NCBI RefSeq assembly: GCF_018350175.1
Contig: NC_058368.1
Span: 62,001 to 126,000 of the forward strand
Direction: 5' to 3'
Source of the DNA: Felis catus
Taxonomy: Eukaryota
DNA: 64,000 nt
How positions within the stretch are numbered: position 1 is the stretch's first letter; every line of letters begins with the position of its first letter. Below are positions 1 through 13,204 of the stretch, piece after piece. The position numbers and the translations under genes are program-made. The notes beneath the pieces were generated by a model. That model did no database searches. It was not told the DNA's origin and worked only from the letters and a program-made list of their open reading frames with translations.

Positions 1-138
1 GTAGAAGTAGGAGAGGATCTGAAGCGGGCTCTGTGCTGACAGCAGAAAGCCCAATGTGGGGCTCAAACTCATGAATAGTGAGATCATGACCTGAGCCAAA
101 GTTGGACGCTTAACTGACTGAGCCATTCAGGTGCTCCC
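1..138 (-). mobile_element. Can-SINE (carnivore tRNA-derived SINE), partial at window edge
   Basis: Reverse complement of Can-SINE head: GATCATGACCTGAGCCAAAGTTGGACGCTTAACTGACTGAGCCATTCAGGTGCTCC. Confidence 0.9.
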
Positions 139-1066
139 ATATACAAGTTTTTAGAAACTTATGAGTAGAATCCTATGAGTGTAGCCATATGCTTAACCTA
201 TTGAAACTACACTGTATATAATGCATCCTCAACTAATAACTTTCATTAAGGTATAAATGTTTGTAATCCTATGTTATAATCACATGGGACTCTCTGTATT
301 CTTCATCTATTGACACTACCCTGTGTATAAACCATTGTTCAAGTAATGTCTTCTTTCACTTAGGTATATGTTTTGTAAAGGTATGTGTATAAGCACATGG
401 GTATAGTCCTGTGCTTATCTCATTGAAATATTTCTGTATGTAAACCATATTTTCACTCATTGAAAGTACACTATGTATAAACCTTCTTAAAAGTGACAGC
501 TTCTTTTATTAAAATAAAAGTGCTTTAAAACTTATACGGAGCTCCCTATGGGAAGGCTGCATACTTAAGTCATTGAACATACAGTGTACATGAACAGCTT
601 TCCAAATAACAACACTTTCATTAGGATATAAGTTTTTGTAGACATATGGATATAAGCATATGGGAGTAGACACATGCCTAACTCATTGAAACTATACTGT
701 GTATAAACCTTCTTTCAGTTAACATCTTCTTTTATTAAGATATGTGTTTGAAAACATGCATAGAACCCTGTGATCACTCTTTGAAACTACACTGTGCATA
801 AGCTTTCAAGCAACATCTCCTTTCATTAAGGTATAAGTGTTTGTAAAGTGATGTATAGAAGCATATGGGAAAAACCATACTTTAACACATTGACACTACA
901 TTGTGTACAAAGGGTTTTTTCAAACAACATCTTCTTTCATTAAACATCAGTGTTTGTAAATTTATGTGTACGAACATGTGGGTATGGGTGTATACTTCAT
1001 TCACTGAAACTACACTGTGTGTAAATTGTCCTTTAAGTAAAATCTTTCATTAAGGTATATATGTTT
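139..1066. repeat. AT-rich ~110-bp tandem satellite, left part
   Basis: TTGAAACTACACTGTGTATA-like motif recurs at ~203, 312, 425, 462, 575, 688, 783, 892, 1006, together with TTTCATTAAG and GCATATGGG motifs. Confidence 0.85.
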
Positions 1067-4000
1067 GGAGATGGAAGATGGTGGCGTAGGAGGACTCTGG
1101 GCTCACTTTGTCCTGCTGATCACTTAGATTCCACCCACATCTGCCTAAATACCAGAAAGCCACCAGAAGACTAGCAGAACAGACTCCGGAGCCAAGTGTA
1201 GACAAGAGGCCCAGAGAAGAGGGTAAGAAGGGCAGAGAGGCGGTGCGTGCTACACGGACTGGCAGGAGGGAGCTGGGGCGGTGGAGGGGCAGCCCTTACC
1301 ACAGGCAGAGCCCCTGAAGTCTGGCTTGCAAAAATGGAGGGGCCGGACTACGTGAGTTCTGACAGCCAGCAGGACTTAACATCTGGAATGTTAAAAGTCA
1401 ACAGCTCTGCTTGGAGAGCAGGAGGGCGAGAGGACACCAGGAGGGAGAGTTGGTGAGCCCCAGAAGACAGAAGTCAGCTTGGGGTAGGGGGAACAAAGGT
1501 GCTAGCAAGCACCATCTCCCTCTCCCATCCCCCAGTCAAAATCCCAAAGGGAACCAGTTCCCCTCACCGAACTTGCTTGCACAATGCAAACACCCAACAC
1601 TGTGCTTCTGTGGATCCATCCCTCCGACGGGTCTACCTTCCTCCTGGTGCTGCAGGGCCCCTCCTGCAGGGGACCACTGTCAGCAAAGAGAGCTAAGCCT
1701 GCCCTTCCTGCCCCTATATACCTTGTGGATCCACCCCAGCTAATACGCAAGATCCCATCAAAGCAGGACCACAAGCCTGGCAGTGTGCAAGTAGCCCAGA
1801 CAGGGGCCACACCAATCCACAGTGAGTCCTGCCCCTGAGACAGGGGAAGATAAGGTACACACCAGTCTGACTGTGGCCCAAGCAGTGGGCTGGAGACAGA
1901 CATTGGGTCTGACTGTGGCCCCATCCACCAACACAAGTTACTCCAGACAGCACAGGGGAAGTGTCCTGCAGTTTGGAGCCACCCCAGGGACTACCCAAAA
2001 TGAGGAAATGGAAGAACTCTCTTCAAAAGAAACTCCAGGAAGTAGCGACAGCTAACGAATTGATCAAAAATGATTTAAACAATATAATGGAACAAGAATT
2101 TAGAATAATAGTCATAAAATTAATCACTAGGCTTGAAAAAATCAGAGAATGAAAATGCTTGAAAAAAAGCAGAGAATCTATTGCTACAGAGATCAAGGAA
2201 CTAAGAAATAGTCATGAGGACCTTAAAAATGCTATAAATGAGCGGCAAAATAAAATGGAGGTGGCCATAGCACGGATTGAAGAGGCAGAGGAGAGAATAG
2301 GTAAATTAAAGATAAAATTATGGAAAAAGAGGAAGCTGAGAAAAAGAGAGATAAAAAAAAATCCAGGACTATGAGGGGAGAATTAGAGACCTAAGTGATG
2401 CAATCAAATGGAACAATATCCGTATCATAGGAATTCCAGAAGAGGAAGAAGAAGAGAGAGAAAGGGGCTAAAGGCTTACTTGAACAAATCATAGCTGAAA
2501 ACTTCCCTGATCTGGGAAAGGAAAGGGGCATTGAAATCCAAGAGGCACAGAGAACTTCTTTCAGACGTAACTTGAATTTATCTTCTGCGTGACGTATAGT
2601 GAAACTGGCAAAATACAAGGATAAGAGAAAATTCTGAAAGCAGCTAGGTATAAACAGGCTCTAACTTATAAAGGGAGACCCATAAGATAGTGGCAGACCT
2701 TTCTACTGAAACTTGGCAGGCCAGAAAGGAAGGAATGGCAGGAAATCTTCAATGTGATGAACAGAAAAAATATGCAGCCGAGAATCCTTTATCCAGCAAG
2801 TCTGTCATTCAGAATAGAAGGAGAGATAAAGGTCTTCCCAAACAAACAAAAACTGAAGGAATTCATTGCCACTAAATCAGCCCTGCAGGAGATCCTAAGG
2901 GAGATTCTATGATTTAATGTTGCAAGTACCACAAAGTACCAGAGACATCACTACAAGCATGAAACCTACAGACATCACAATGACTCTAAACCCATATCTT
3001 TCTATAATAACACTGAATGTAAATGGACTAAATGCGCCAACCAAAAGACATAGGGTATCAGAATGGATAAAAAAACAAGACCCATCTACTTGCTGTCTAT
3101 AAGAGACTCATTTTAGACCTGAGGACACCTTCAGATTGAGAGTGAGGGGATGGAGAACTATCTGTCATGCTACTGGAAGTCAAAAGAAAGCTGGAGTAGC
3201 CATACTTATATCAGACAAACTAGCCTTTATATTAAAGGCTGTAACAAGAGATGAAGAAGGGCATTATATAATAATTACAGGGTCTACCCATCAGGAAGAG
3301 CTAACAATTATAAATGTCTATAAACCGAATACGGGAGCCCCAAATATATAAAACAATCACAAATATAAGCAACCTTATTGATAATAATGTGGTAATTGCA
3401 GAGGACTTTAATACTCCACTTATAACAATGGATAGATCATCTAGACACAGGATCAATAAAGAAACAGGGGTCCTGAATGATACATTGGATCAGATGGACT
3501 TGACAGATATATTTAGAACTCTGCATCCCAAAGCAACAGAATATACTTTCTTCTCGAGTGCACATGGAACATTCTACAAGATAGATCACATACTGGGTCA
3601 CAAAACAGCCCTTCATAAGTATACAAGAATTGAGATCATACCATGCACACTTTCAGACTACAATGCTATGAAGCTTGAAATCAACTACAGGAAAAAGTCT
3701 GGAAAACCTCCAAAAGCATGGAGGTTAAAGAACAACCTACTAAAGAATGAATGGGTCAACCAGGCAATTAGAGAAGAAATTTAAAAATATATGGAAACTG
3801 AAAATGAAAATACAACAATCCAAACGCTTTGGGATGCAGCAAAGGCAGTCCTGAGAGGAAAATACATTGCAATCCAGGCCTATCTCAAGAAACAAGAAAA
3901 ATCCCAAATACAAAATCTAACAGCACACCTAAAGGAAATAGAAGCAGAACAGCAAAGACAGCCTAAACGCAGCAGAAGAAGAGAAATAATAAAGATCAGA

Positions 4001-7000
4001 GCAGAAATAAACAATATAGAATCAAAAAAAAAAAAAACTGTGGAGCAGATCAATGAAACCAAGAGTTGGTTTTTTGAAAAAAATAAACCAAATTGATAAA
4101 CCTCTAGCCAAGCTTCTCAAAAAGAAAAGGAAGATGACCCAAATAGATAAAATCATGAATGAAAATGGAATTATTACAACCAATCCCTCAGAAATATAAG
4201 CAATTATCAGAGAATACTACAAAAAATTATATGCCAACAAATTGAACAACCTGGAAGAAATTGACAAATTCCTAAGCACCCACCCACTTCCAAAATTCAA
4301 ATAGGAAGAAATAGAAAACTTGAACAGACCCATAACCAGTGAAGAAATTGAATCAGTTATGAAAAATCTCCCAACATATAAGAGTCCAGGACCAGATGGC
4401 TTCCCTGGGGAATTCTACCAGACATTTAAAGCTGAGATAATACCTATCCTTCTCAAGCTTTTCCAAAAAATTGAAAGGGAAGGAAAACATCCAGACTCAT
4501 TCTATGAAGCCAGCATTACTTTGATTCCTAAACCAGACAGAGACCCAGTAAAAAAAAGAGAACTACAGGCCAATATCCCTGATGAATATGGATGCAAAAA
4601 TTCTCAATAAGATACTAGCAAATCGAATTCAACAGCATATAAAAAGAATTATTCACCATGATCAAGTACAATTCATTCATGGGCTGCAGGGCTGGTTCAA
4701 CATTCACAAATCAATCAACGTGATACATCACATTAATAAAAGAAAAGAAAAAAGCCATATGACACTGTCAGTAGATGCAGAAAAAGCATTTGACAAAATT
4801 CAGCACCCTTTCTTAATAAAAACCCTTGAGAAAGTCAGGATAGAAGGAACATACTTAAATATGACAAAAGCCATTTATGAAAAGCCCACAGCTAATATCA
4901 TCCTCAGTGGGGAAAAACTGAGAGCTTCCCCCCTGAGATCAGGAGCATGACAGGGATATCCACTCTCACCGCTGTTGCTTAACATAGTGTTGGAAGTTCT
5001 AGCATCAGCAACCAGACAACAAAAGGAAATCAAAGGCATCAAAACTGACAAAGATGAAGTCAAGCTTTCACTTTTTGTAGATGACATGATATTATACATG
5101 GAAAATCCGATAGACTCCACCAAAAGTCTGCTAGAACTGACACATGAATTCAGCAAAGTTGCAGGATACAAAATCAATGTACAGAAATCAGTTGCATGCT
5201 TACACACTAACAATGAAGCAACAGAAAGACAAATAAAGAAACTGATCCCATTCACAATTGCACCAAGAAGCATAAAATACCTAGGAATAAATCTAACCAA
5301 AGATGTAAAAGATCTGTATGCTGAAAACTATAGAAAGCTTATGAAGGTAATTGAAGAAGATATAAAGAAATGGAAAGACATTCCCTGCTCATGGATTGGA
5401 AGAATAAATATTGTCAAAATGTCAATACTACCCAAAGCTATCTACACATTCAATGCAATCCCAATCAAAATTGCACCAGCATTCTTCTCGAAACTAGAAC
5501 AAGCAATCCTAAAATTAATATGGAACCACAAAAGGCCCCGAATAGCCAAAGTAATTTTGAAGAAGAAGACCAAAGCAGGAGGCATCACAATCCCAGACTT
5601 TAGCCTCTACTACAAAGCTATAATCATCAAGACAGCATGGCATTGGCACAAAAACAGACACATAGACCAATGGAATAGAATAGAGACTCCAAAATTGGAC
5701 CCACAAAAGTATGGCCAACTAATCTTTGACAAAGCAGGAAAGAATATCCAATGGAAAAAAGACAGTCTCTTTTACAAATGGTGCTGGGAGAACTGGACAG
5801 CAACATGCACAAGGTTGAAACTAGACCACTTTCTCACACCATTCACAAAAATAAACTCAAAATGGATAAAGGACCTGAATGTGAGACAGGAAACCATCAA
5901 AACCCTAGAAGAGAAAGCAGGAAAAAACCTCTCTGACCTCAGTCGCAGCAATTTCTTACTTGACACATCCCCAAAGGCAAGGGAATTAAAAGCAAAATGA
6001 ACTATTGGGACCTCATGAAGATAAAAAGCTTCTGCACAGCAAAGGAAACAATCAACAAAACTAAAAGGCAACCAACGGAATGGGAAAATACATTTGCAAA
6101 TGACATATTGGACAAAGGGCTAGTATCCAAAATCTATAAAGAGCTCACCAAACTGCACACCAAAAAAACAAATAATCCAGTGAAGAAATGGGCAGAAAAC
6201 ATGAACAGACACTTCTCTAAAGAAGACATCCAGATGGCCAACAGGCACGTGAAAAGATGCTCAACGTCACTCCTCATCAGGGAAATACAAATGAAAACCA
6301 CACTCAGATATCACCTCACGCCAGTCAGAGTGGCTAAAATGAACAACTCAGGAGACTATAGATGCTGGAGAGGATGTGGAGAAACGGGAACCCCCTTGTA
6401 CTGTGGTGGGAATGCAAACTGGTGCAGCCGCTCTGGAAAACAGTGTGGAGGTTCCCCCCAAAATTAAAAATAGATCTACCCTATAACCCAGCAATAGCAC
6501 TGCTAGGAATTTACCCAAGGGATACAGGAGTGCTGATACATAGGGGCACTTGTACCCCAATGTTTATAGCAGCACTTTCAACAATAGCCAAATTATGGAA
6601 AGAGCCTAAATGTCAATCAACTGGTGAATGGATAAAGAAATTGTGGTTTATATACACAATGGAATACTACTTGGCAATGAGAAAGAATGAAATATGTAGC
6701 AACGTGTATGGAACTGGAGAGTGTTATGCTAAGCGAAGTAAGTCATACAGAGAAAGGCAGATACTGTATGTTTTCACTCTTATGTGGATCCTGAGAAACT
6801 TAACAGAAGACCATGGGGAGGGGAAGGAAAAAAAAAAAAGAGGTTAGAGAGGGAGGGAGCCAAACAATAAAGACTCTTAAAAACTGAGAACAATGAGGGT
6901 TGATGGGGGGTGGGAGAGAGGGGAGGGTGGGTGATGGGTATTGAGGAGGGCACCTGTTGGGATGAGCACTGGGTGTTTTATGGAAACCAATTTGACAATA

Positions 7001-7020
7001 AATTTCATATTAAAATAAAA
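1067..7020 (+). mobile_element. Near full-length LINE-1 (carnivore/felid L1), ORF1 and ORF2 disrupted
   Basis: 5'UTR starts GGAGATGGAAGATGGTGGCG; ORF1 coiled-coil fragments ~2000-2900; ORF2 endonuclease (LSIITLNVNGLNAPTKRHR), RT ([43 protein letters not shown]) and C-terminal ([16 protein letters not shown]) fragments in shifting frames with stops; 3'UTR and A-rich tail ending ~7020. Confidence 0.97.
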
Positions 7021-7574
7021 GATATATGTGCTTGTATGTATGTGTAGAAGCATATGGGATTGGCTCTATGATTAACTCTTTGAAACTGCATTGTATGTAA
7101 ACCATCTTTCAACTGACTTCTCCATTTATTAAGATACAAATGTTTATAAATGTATATGCAGAAGCATATGGGAGTAGCCCTGTGCTTATCTCAGTGAAAC
7201 TACACTGTGTATAAACCTCCATTCAAGTAATATCTTTTTGATAGAAGTGTTTGCAAACATATGTAGAAGCGTATGGGAATAGCCATATGCTTTTTAAAAC
7301 TACACTGTATATATTTCATCCTTCAACTAGCATCTGCTTTCATAAAGATACAGGTGTCTGGAAACCTATAGGTAGAAGCTATGGGCATACCCATATGTTC
7401 GCCTCATTGAAACTGCAATGTGTATAATATGCCCTTCAACTAAAATCTTCCATTAAATTATGTTTTTAAACATATGTGTAGGGGTATGTGGGAACAGCCA
7501 CATGCTTAGCTCAATTATACTACACTGTGTGTAAACCATTGTTCAAGTAAATTTTCTTTCATTAAGATACAAAT

Positions 7575-7795
7575 GGGGGTGCCTGGGTGCCTCAGTGTCA
7601 GTTAAGCATCTGACTTCAACTCAGGTCATGATCTCACAGTCCGTGAATTCAAGCCCCGTGTTGGGCCCTGTGCTGACAGCTCAGAACCTGGAGTCTGCTT
7701 TGGATTCTGTGTCTCCCCCTATCTCTGCCCCTCCCTCTCTCACACTCAGTCTCTCTCTCACTCTCAAAAATAAATAAACATTAAAAAAATTTTCT
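7575..7795 (+). mobile_element. Can-SINE
   Basis: GGGGTGCCTGGGTG head, CT-rich region, AAAATAAATAAACATTAAAA tail; TSD TAAGATACAA(A/G)TG. Confidence 0.92.
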
Positions 7796-8413
7796 AAGAT
7801 ACAAGTGTTTAAGGTATGTATGTATAAAAGCATTTAGGTATAGTACTCTGCTTAACTCATTTGAACTTACACTGTGTATAAACCTTCTTAAAAGTAACAT
7901 CTTCTTTCCTTATGATATAAGCATATGTAAACTTGTGTGTAAAGGCAAATGAAAATAGCCTGATGCTTAACTCATTGAGAGAACATGGTGTATAATCCTT
8001 ATTTTAAGTAACATGTTATTTCATTAATATATGTATTTATGAAAGAATGTGTGGAAGTATATATGACTAGCTGTATGCTTAACTTATTAAACCTACACTG
8101 TTTATAACCTTCCTTCAAGTAACATTTTCTTTCATTAAGATATTTGTGTTTGCAAAGGTATGTTTGAAAAGGCTATTTTGGAATAGCCCTGTGTTTATCT
8201 CATTGAAATTATATTTGTATAGTCCATCTTTCAAGTAATACCCACTTTTATTAAAAGTGTTTGTAAACTTCTGTGTAAACCAAATGGAATTAACTGTATG
8301 CTTAACTCACTGAATATACACTGTGCATTAACCTTCTTAAAATTAACATCTTTCCTTAAGAGACAAGTGTTTGGAAACTTATGTGTAGCAGCCTATGGCA
8401 AAAGCTGCATTCT

Positions 8414-8623
8414 TTTTTTTTTTTTTAATGTTTATTTATTTTTGGGAAACAGCGAGACAGAGTGGGGGAGGGGCAAAGAGAGAGGGAGACACAGAATCTG
8501 AAGTAAGCTCCAGGCTCTGAGCTGTCAGCCCAGAGTCCAACATAGGGCTTGAACCCACAAAGCCCAGGATCATGACCTGGGCCAAAGTCAGATGCTCAAC
8601 CGACTGAGCTACCCAGGCATCCC
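8414..8623 (-). mobile_element. Can-SINE
   Basis: Poly-T then reverse-complement body; TSD AAAAGCTGCATTCT on both sides. Confidence 0.92.
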
Positions 8624-10162
8624 AAAAGCTGCATTCTTAACTCATTGAAACTAAATGGTGTATGAACAGTTTTCCAGGTAACATCTTCTTTAATTAAGAT
8701 ATAAGCAATATATGGGTACAAGTATATGGGAATAGCTGTATGCTTAATTCATTGAAACTACACTGCATATAATACTTCCTTCAAGTAATATTTACTTTTA
8801 TTAAATTACGTGTTTGTAACATTATATATAGAAGCATTTGGGAATAGTCATATCCTTCAATCATTGAAACTAGACTCTGTAACCATCCTTAAAGTAACAT
8901 ATCCTTTCATTAAGATACAAGCGTTTGTAAATGTATGTGTAGAATTATATGGGAATAAATCTATGCTTAAGTCTCTGAAACTACACTGTGTATATACCTT
9001 CTTTCATGTAACATCTTTTATTAAGTCATAAATGTTTGCAAACATATGCTTCACTCATTGACACTACACTGTGTATAAACCATTGTTCAAGTACCATTCC
9101 TTTCATTAAGGTGTGTTAGTAATGTTGAGAAGCATATGGGAAAGTCCATATACTTAATCTTTGAAACTACACTATGTATAATGCATCCTTTAATAGACAT
9201 AAGTTTTCATTAAGTTACAAGTGTTTGGAGACCTGGAAATGGAAAATCATTTTGTTCTGTTTTGTGAGAGTACAATTCATCCTTTTCTTGAGAACTTGAA
9301 TTGCTGATGCCAAATAAATATGTACTCGATAAATGTTTCACTTCTATTTTAAAAAGTTATATGTATTTGCAAACCTGTGTGTAGAAGAAAATGAAAATTG
9401 CTATATGCTTAACTCTTTGGAAGTGATATGTGTGTTTTGTGTGAGGTATATATGTTGTGTGTGTGATGCATGTGTGATGTTTGTGTGTTTTTTAAGTCTT
9501 GTGTGTCTTGCGTATATGGTGTGTGGTGAGTGTGTGGTTTATGTATTTTTTGTGTGTTGTGTGTGGTGCATGTTAGTAACATATGTGGTATATATGTGAT
9601 GTATGTATGGTATTTGGTATATATGTAGTTTGTGTGTGGTGAAAGTGTGTCTATGTTTGTGTGGTATATGTGTGCTATGTGTGGTTTGTATGTTCTGTGT
9701 ATGGCATACATGTGGTGTGTACAAGTTATATGTAGTGTGTCATAAATGCGTGGTAAGGATTGGTGACTTTGAGTTATGTGTGTGGTATATGTGTAATGTG
9801 TGTTTAGTGACATTGTGGTACATGTGGTATGTATGGTGTATGTGTTTCATGCCTTTGTGTGTGTGGTATGTGTCTGAAATATGTATTTTATGTGTGATGT
9901 TGTGTGGTGTCTGTGTGGTGAAAGTGTGTTTGTATTGTGTATATGTGTGTATATGTATGGGGTGGTTTGTGTGTGGTGTATAGTTTGCTTGGGTGTGCAT
10001 GTTATATGTATTTTGTTTATGGCATGTGTGTGTGGTACATATGCAGTGTGTGTGTGTTGCATGTGTCATGTATGAGTAGTGTATTTGGTAAATGTATCAT
10101 GTGTGTGAATGTGGTATATGTGTAGTGTTTGAGTGGTTTCTGTGGTGTATATGTCTGTGAAA

Positions 10163-10193
<31 letters not shown>

Positions 10194-10213
10194 CACACAC
10201 ACGTGCATGCATA

Positions 10214-10978
10214 TAGTAGACTCTGGGTCTGGAGTTCTCTCTTGTTCAGAAAGAAAGCAGGATGCAGGATTAAAAACGCAAGAGAGGCTAAGGTCCAGGA
10301 GAAGACAAGAGCCCTGAGTAAGGGTCCTTGTTCCATTTTTATTAGGATCAGAAGGCTCACAAATGTGGTGATGGGCATGCACAAAGAGACAATGAAATTG
10401 TGAACATAACTCAGGGTGTGAGGGAAAGGGGATTTTAAAGATATGCGGTGTTAGGGGTTTGGATCAATGCAAAACAAAATCCTGGCACTGGGCAGAAGGC
10501 TGTTTACAGCAGATGTGAGGCACCAACCCTGTTTACCTAAACTGGTCTAGGGGACAAGAAAGACAGAGCATGCTACCTCTCACAATAAGACACCTTTCTT
10601 TTGCTAATTAGCTCTGCTCTGGGACGTCCTATAGCGGTCTATAGCCCTATTTACTGGTTTACCTAATTTGGTGCTTCCTTCCTGTGAAAGCAGCTTTCTG
10701 CTATTGTACTAAGTTGGGGGGTATTTCCAACCTGAATACCTAATCTTGTTTACCTCATCTTGGATGTTTTCATCCTGAGATTCCCTATTCCTATACCTTT
10801 GTCTTATACTAGGACCTTTGCCCCACTTTACCTATTCTGGGAGCCTTTGCCTCATTTACCCAATCTTATTTACCTAATCTTGTCTATCCAAACTTGGGTG
10901 TGTACATCCTATGGCTTTTTATTTCTTTATGCCTTGTTAACCCATCAGTTCAGGGAATTCCTAAGCTTATTCCCCACA
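10214..10978 (-). mobile_element. Solo ERV LTR
   Basis: Complex island in the TG tract; minus strand begins TGTGGGGAATAAG; AATAAA on minus strand at ~10338-10343; repeated TTTACCT(A)A motifs. Confidence 0.65.
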
Positions 10979-11807
10979 TATGTGTGTGTGTGTGTGTAGG
11001 GGCTATTTTTATGGCAGTCTGTTTTGTAGTATATGTGTAGTTTGTGTGTGTGTATATGTGTGGTTATTGTGAAGTGTATGTGTAGTGTGTGGTATGTATC
11101 TGTTGTGTGTGGTATACCTATGATCTATGTTTAGTGTATGTATATTGTGTGTAGGGCTTGTGTACATGAGCATGGTGTATGTGTGATGATGTTTCCTATA
11201 TCTGTGGTATGTGTGTTTGTATGTGATATTTTTGTTCTGTGTGTGTGGATTCTCTGTGGTGTGTGTGGTATATGTGTTGTGTTTATTATGTGTGTGTGTG
11301 TGGTGTGTGTCTTGAGTATGGGTTGTGATGTGTGCTGTGGGTTGCTATTACATGTGTGGTGGTTGTGTGGTGTATGTGTCATAGATATGTGCTGTGTGTG
11401 TGTAGTATATGTGTAGTCTATGAATGTTATATGTTTGTTTTGGGTGGTGTATGAGTTGTGTGGGTGAAATGTATGTGTTGTCTGCTTATGTTGAGTGTGG
11501 TAGGTATGTGTGGTATATGTATGGAACGTGTGGTGTACTTATCTCCTGGGTGTGTGGTATGTACGATTTTGTGTGTTGTATGTATGTTGTATGTATGTTG
11601 TGTATTTGTGTGTTGTGGTATATGTATGGTTCTTGTGTGGTGTGGGTGTGTGTTTGTGGTATATGTTTGTGAAGCATGGTGTATGTTTGGAGTGTTTGTA
11701 ATATATGTGTGGTCTGTGTTTAATGTGTATGTGGCGTGTGTGTTTGTGTTTGGAATGAGTGGTAATGTGTGATATATATATATATATGGATATGGATGTA
11801 TACACCC

Positions 11808-11861
<54 letters not shown>

Positions 11862-12592
11862 TGTGTGTGGTATATGTGGTATGTGTGGTATGTGTGTATG
11901 TGTGGTATATGTATGGGGTGTGTATTGTAGGTATGTTGAGTGTGTGGTATATCTGTGGAGTGTGTGGAGTAGGTTTGTCATGTTTGTGGTGTATTTGTGG
12001 TTTGTCTGTGTGTGTGACGTAGATGTGATGAGTATGAGTATGTTACATGTGTTGTGGGTATGAATATTATAAATATGTGGTTATTGTGTGGTATATGTGT
12101 GGTGTGTGTTTGTGGTATATATGTGTATGGTGTATAAGTGTGCTGTATTTAGGGTGTGTGAAATGTATGTGTGGCATATGCATGGATACATGTGGTGAGG
12201 GTATGATGTGTGTCATGTATGTGATGTATGTGTAGTGTATGAGCAGCATGTATATTTGGTATATGTGTGGTCTTTGAGTGTATGTGGAATGTGTATGCAT
12301 GTAATAATATATGTGTTTTCTATGTGATGCATATGCGATGTGTTTGGTGTGTGAAGTATATGTGTGATGTCTATGTGGTGTAAATGGTGTGTATCTGGTA
12401 TAATTATTGTGTATTGTGTGATTATTGTGTGGCATAAGTATATATATATGTTGTTATGTTGTATGTATACAGCATGTATATACATGCTGTATGTATAGTG
12501 TATGTGTTGTTTGTGGTATGTGTGTGGTGTGTGTGTGCTCCTTGTATACTGCATTTGTGTGGCATTTGTGTGGCATGTGTTGTGTGGTGTAT

Positions 12593-13204
12593 TGTGGGGG
12601 GCCGGGCCCCGGTGCCAGGCTGAGACCAGGTTGAGCAATGTTCCCTGTTGACTCAGCCAACCTGGCGGTTCCCCCTCTCATTCATGTGGGAGGCCGGGCC
12701 CCAGCACCAGGCTGAGACCGGGTCGAGCAACGTTCCCTGTTGACTTAGCCAACCCGGTGGTTCCCCCTCCCATTCCCCCACTTTCAAAGGCATACGAAAG
12801 CCTTGTCAAGGCTGAGAACATTAATTCCTGAAGCCTGTGGTCTGCAGGTGTTGGCAGTAATGCTACCCTTTTTCTACCCCGAGTCAGATAGAAACAAACA
12901 TGGGAACTGTGTTTTGCTAGCAATCTATCAACAAGGTCTTGTGACCCGTTCAGAAAGTTCACAAGGTACACAGAACTAAATGTTTTGGCTGGCAGTGATC
13001 ATGTGAAACCTGTTTATTCTTAGAATGACCTGATCCATAAGAGTCTTATATTATAAAAGATTGTGTACAGCAACAATAAAGTCGTCACTTGGGCCATCAG
13101 CCCAGGGGATCCTCCTGTTCCCAAACTTTCTCTTCTCTCTTTTTTTCTTACATTCCCCTACCCTCAGGACCCTGATCTCGGTGTTTGTTGTGCTGGTCGC
13201 AACA
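12593..13204 (+). mobile_element. Solo LTR, probably class II (ERVK-like), with duplicated first 92 bp
   Basis: TG...CA ends; 6-bp TSD GTGTAT (12587-12592 and 13205-13210); TATAAAA at ~13053; AATAAA at 13075-13080. Confidence 0.8.

Larger units (their letters stand above)
7021..9420. repeat. AT-rich ~110-bp tandem satellite, right part (interrupted by two SINEs)
   Basis: Same unit as 139-1066 resumes immediately after the L1 tail. Confidence 0.85.

Noticed and set aside
1067..7020. Active autonomous L1
   Set aside because: Multiple frameshifts and in-frame stops in both ORFs
139..9420. CRISPR-like array (repeated palindromic unit)
   Set aside because: Mammalian DNA; the whole unit repeats with no unique spacers and there are no cas genes
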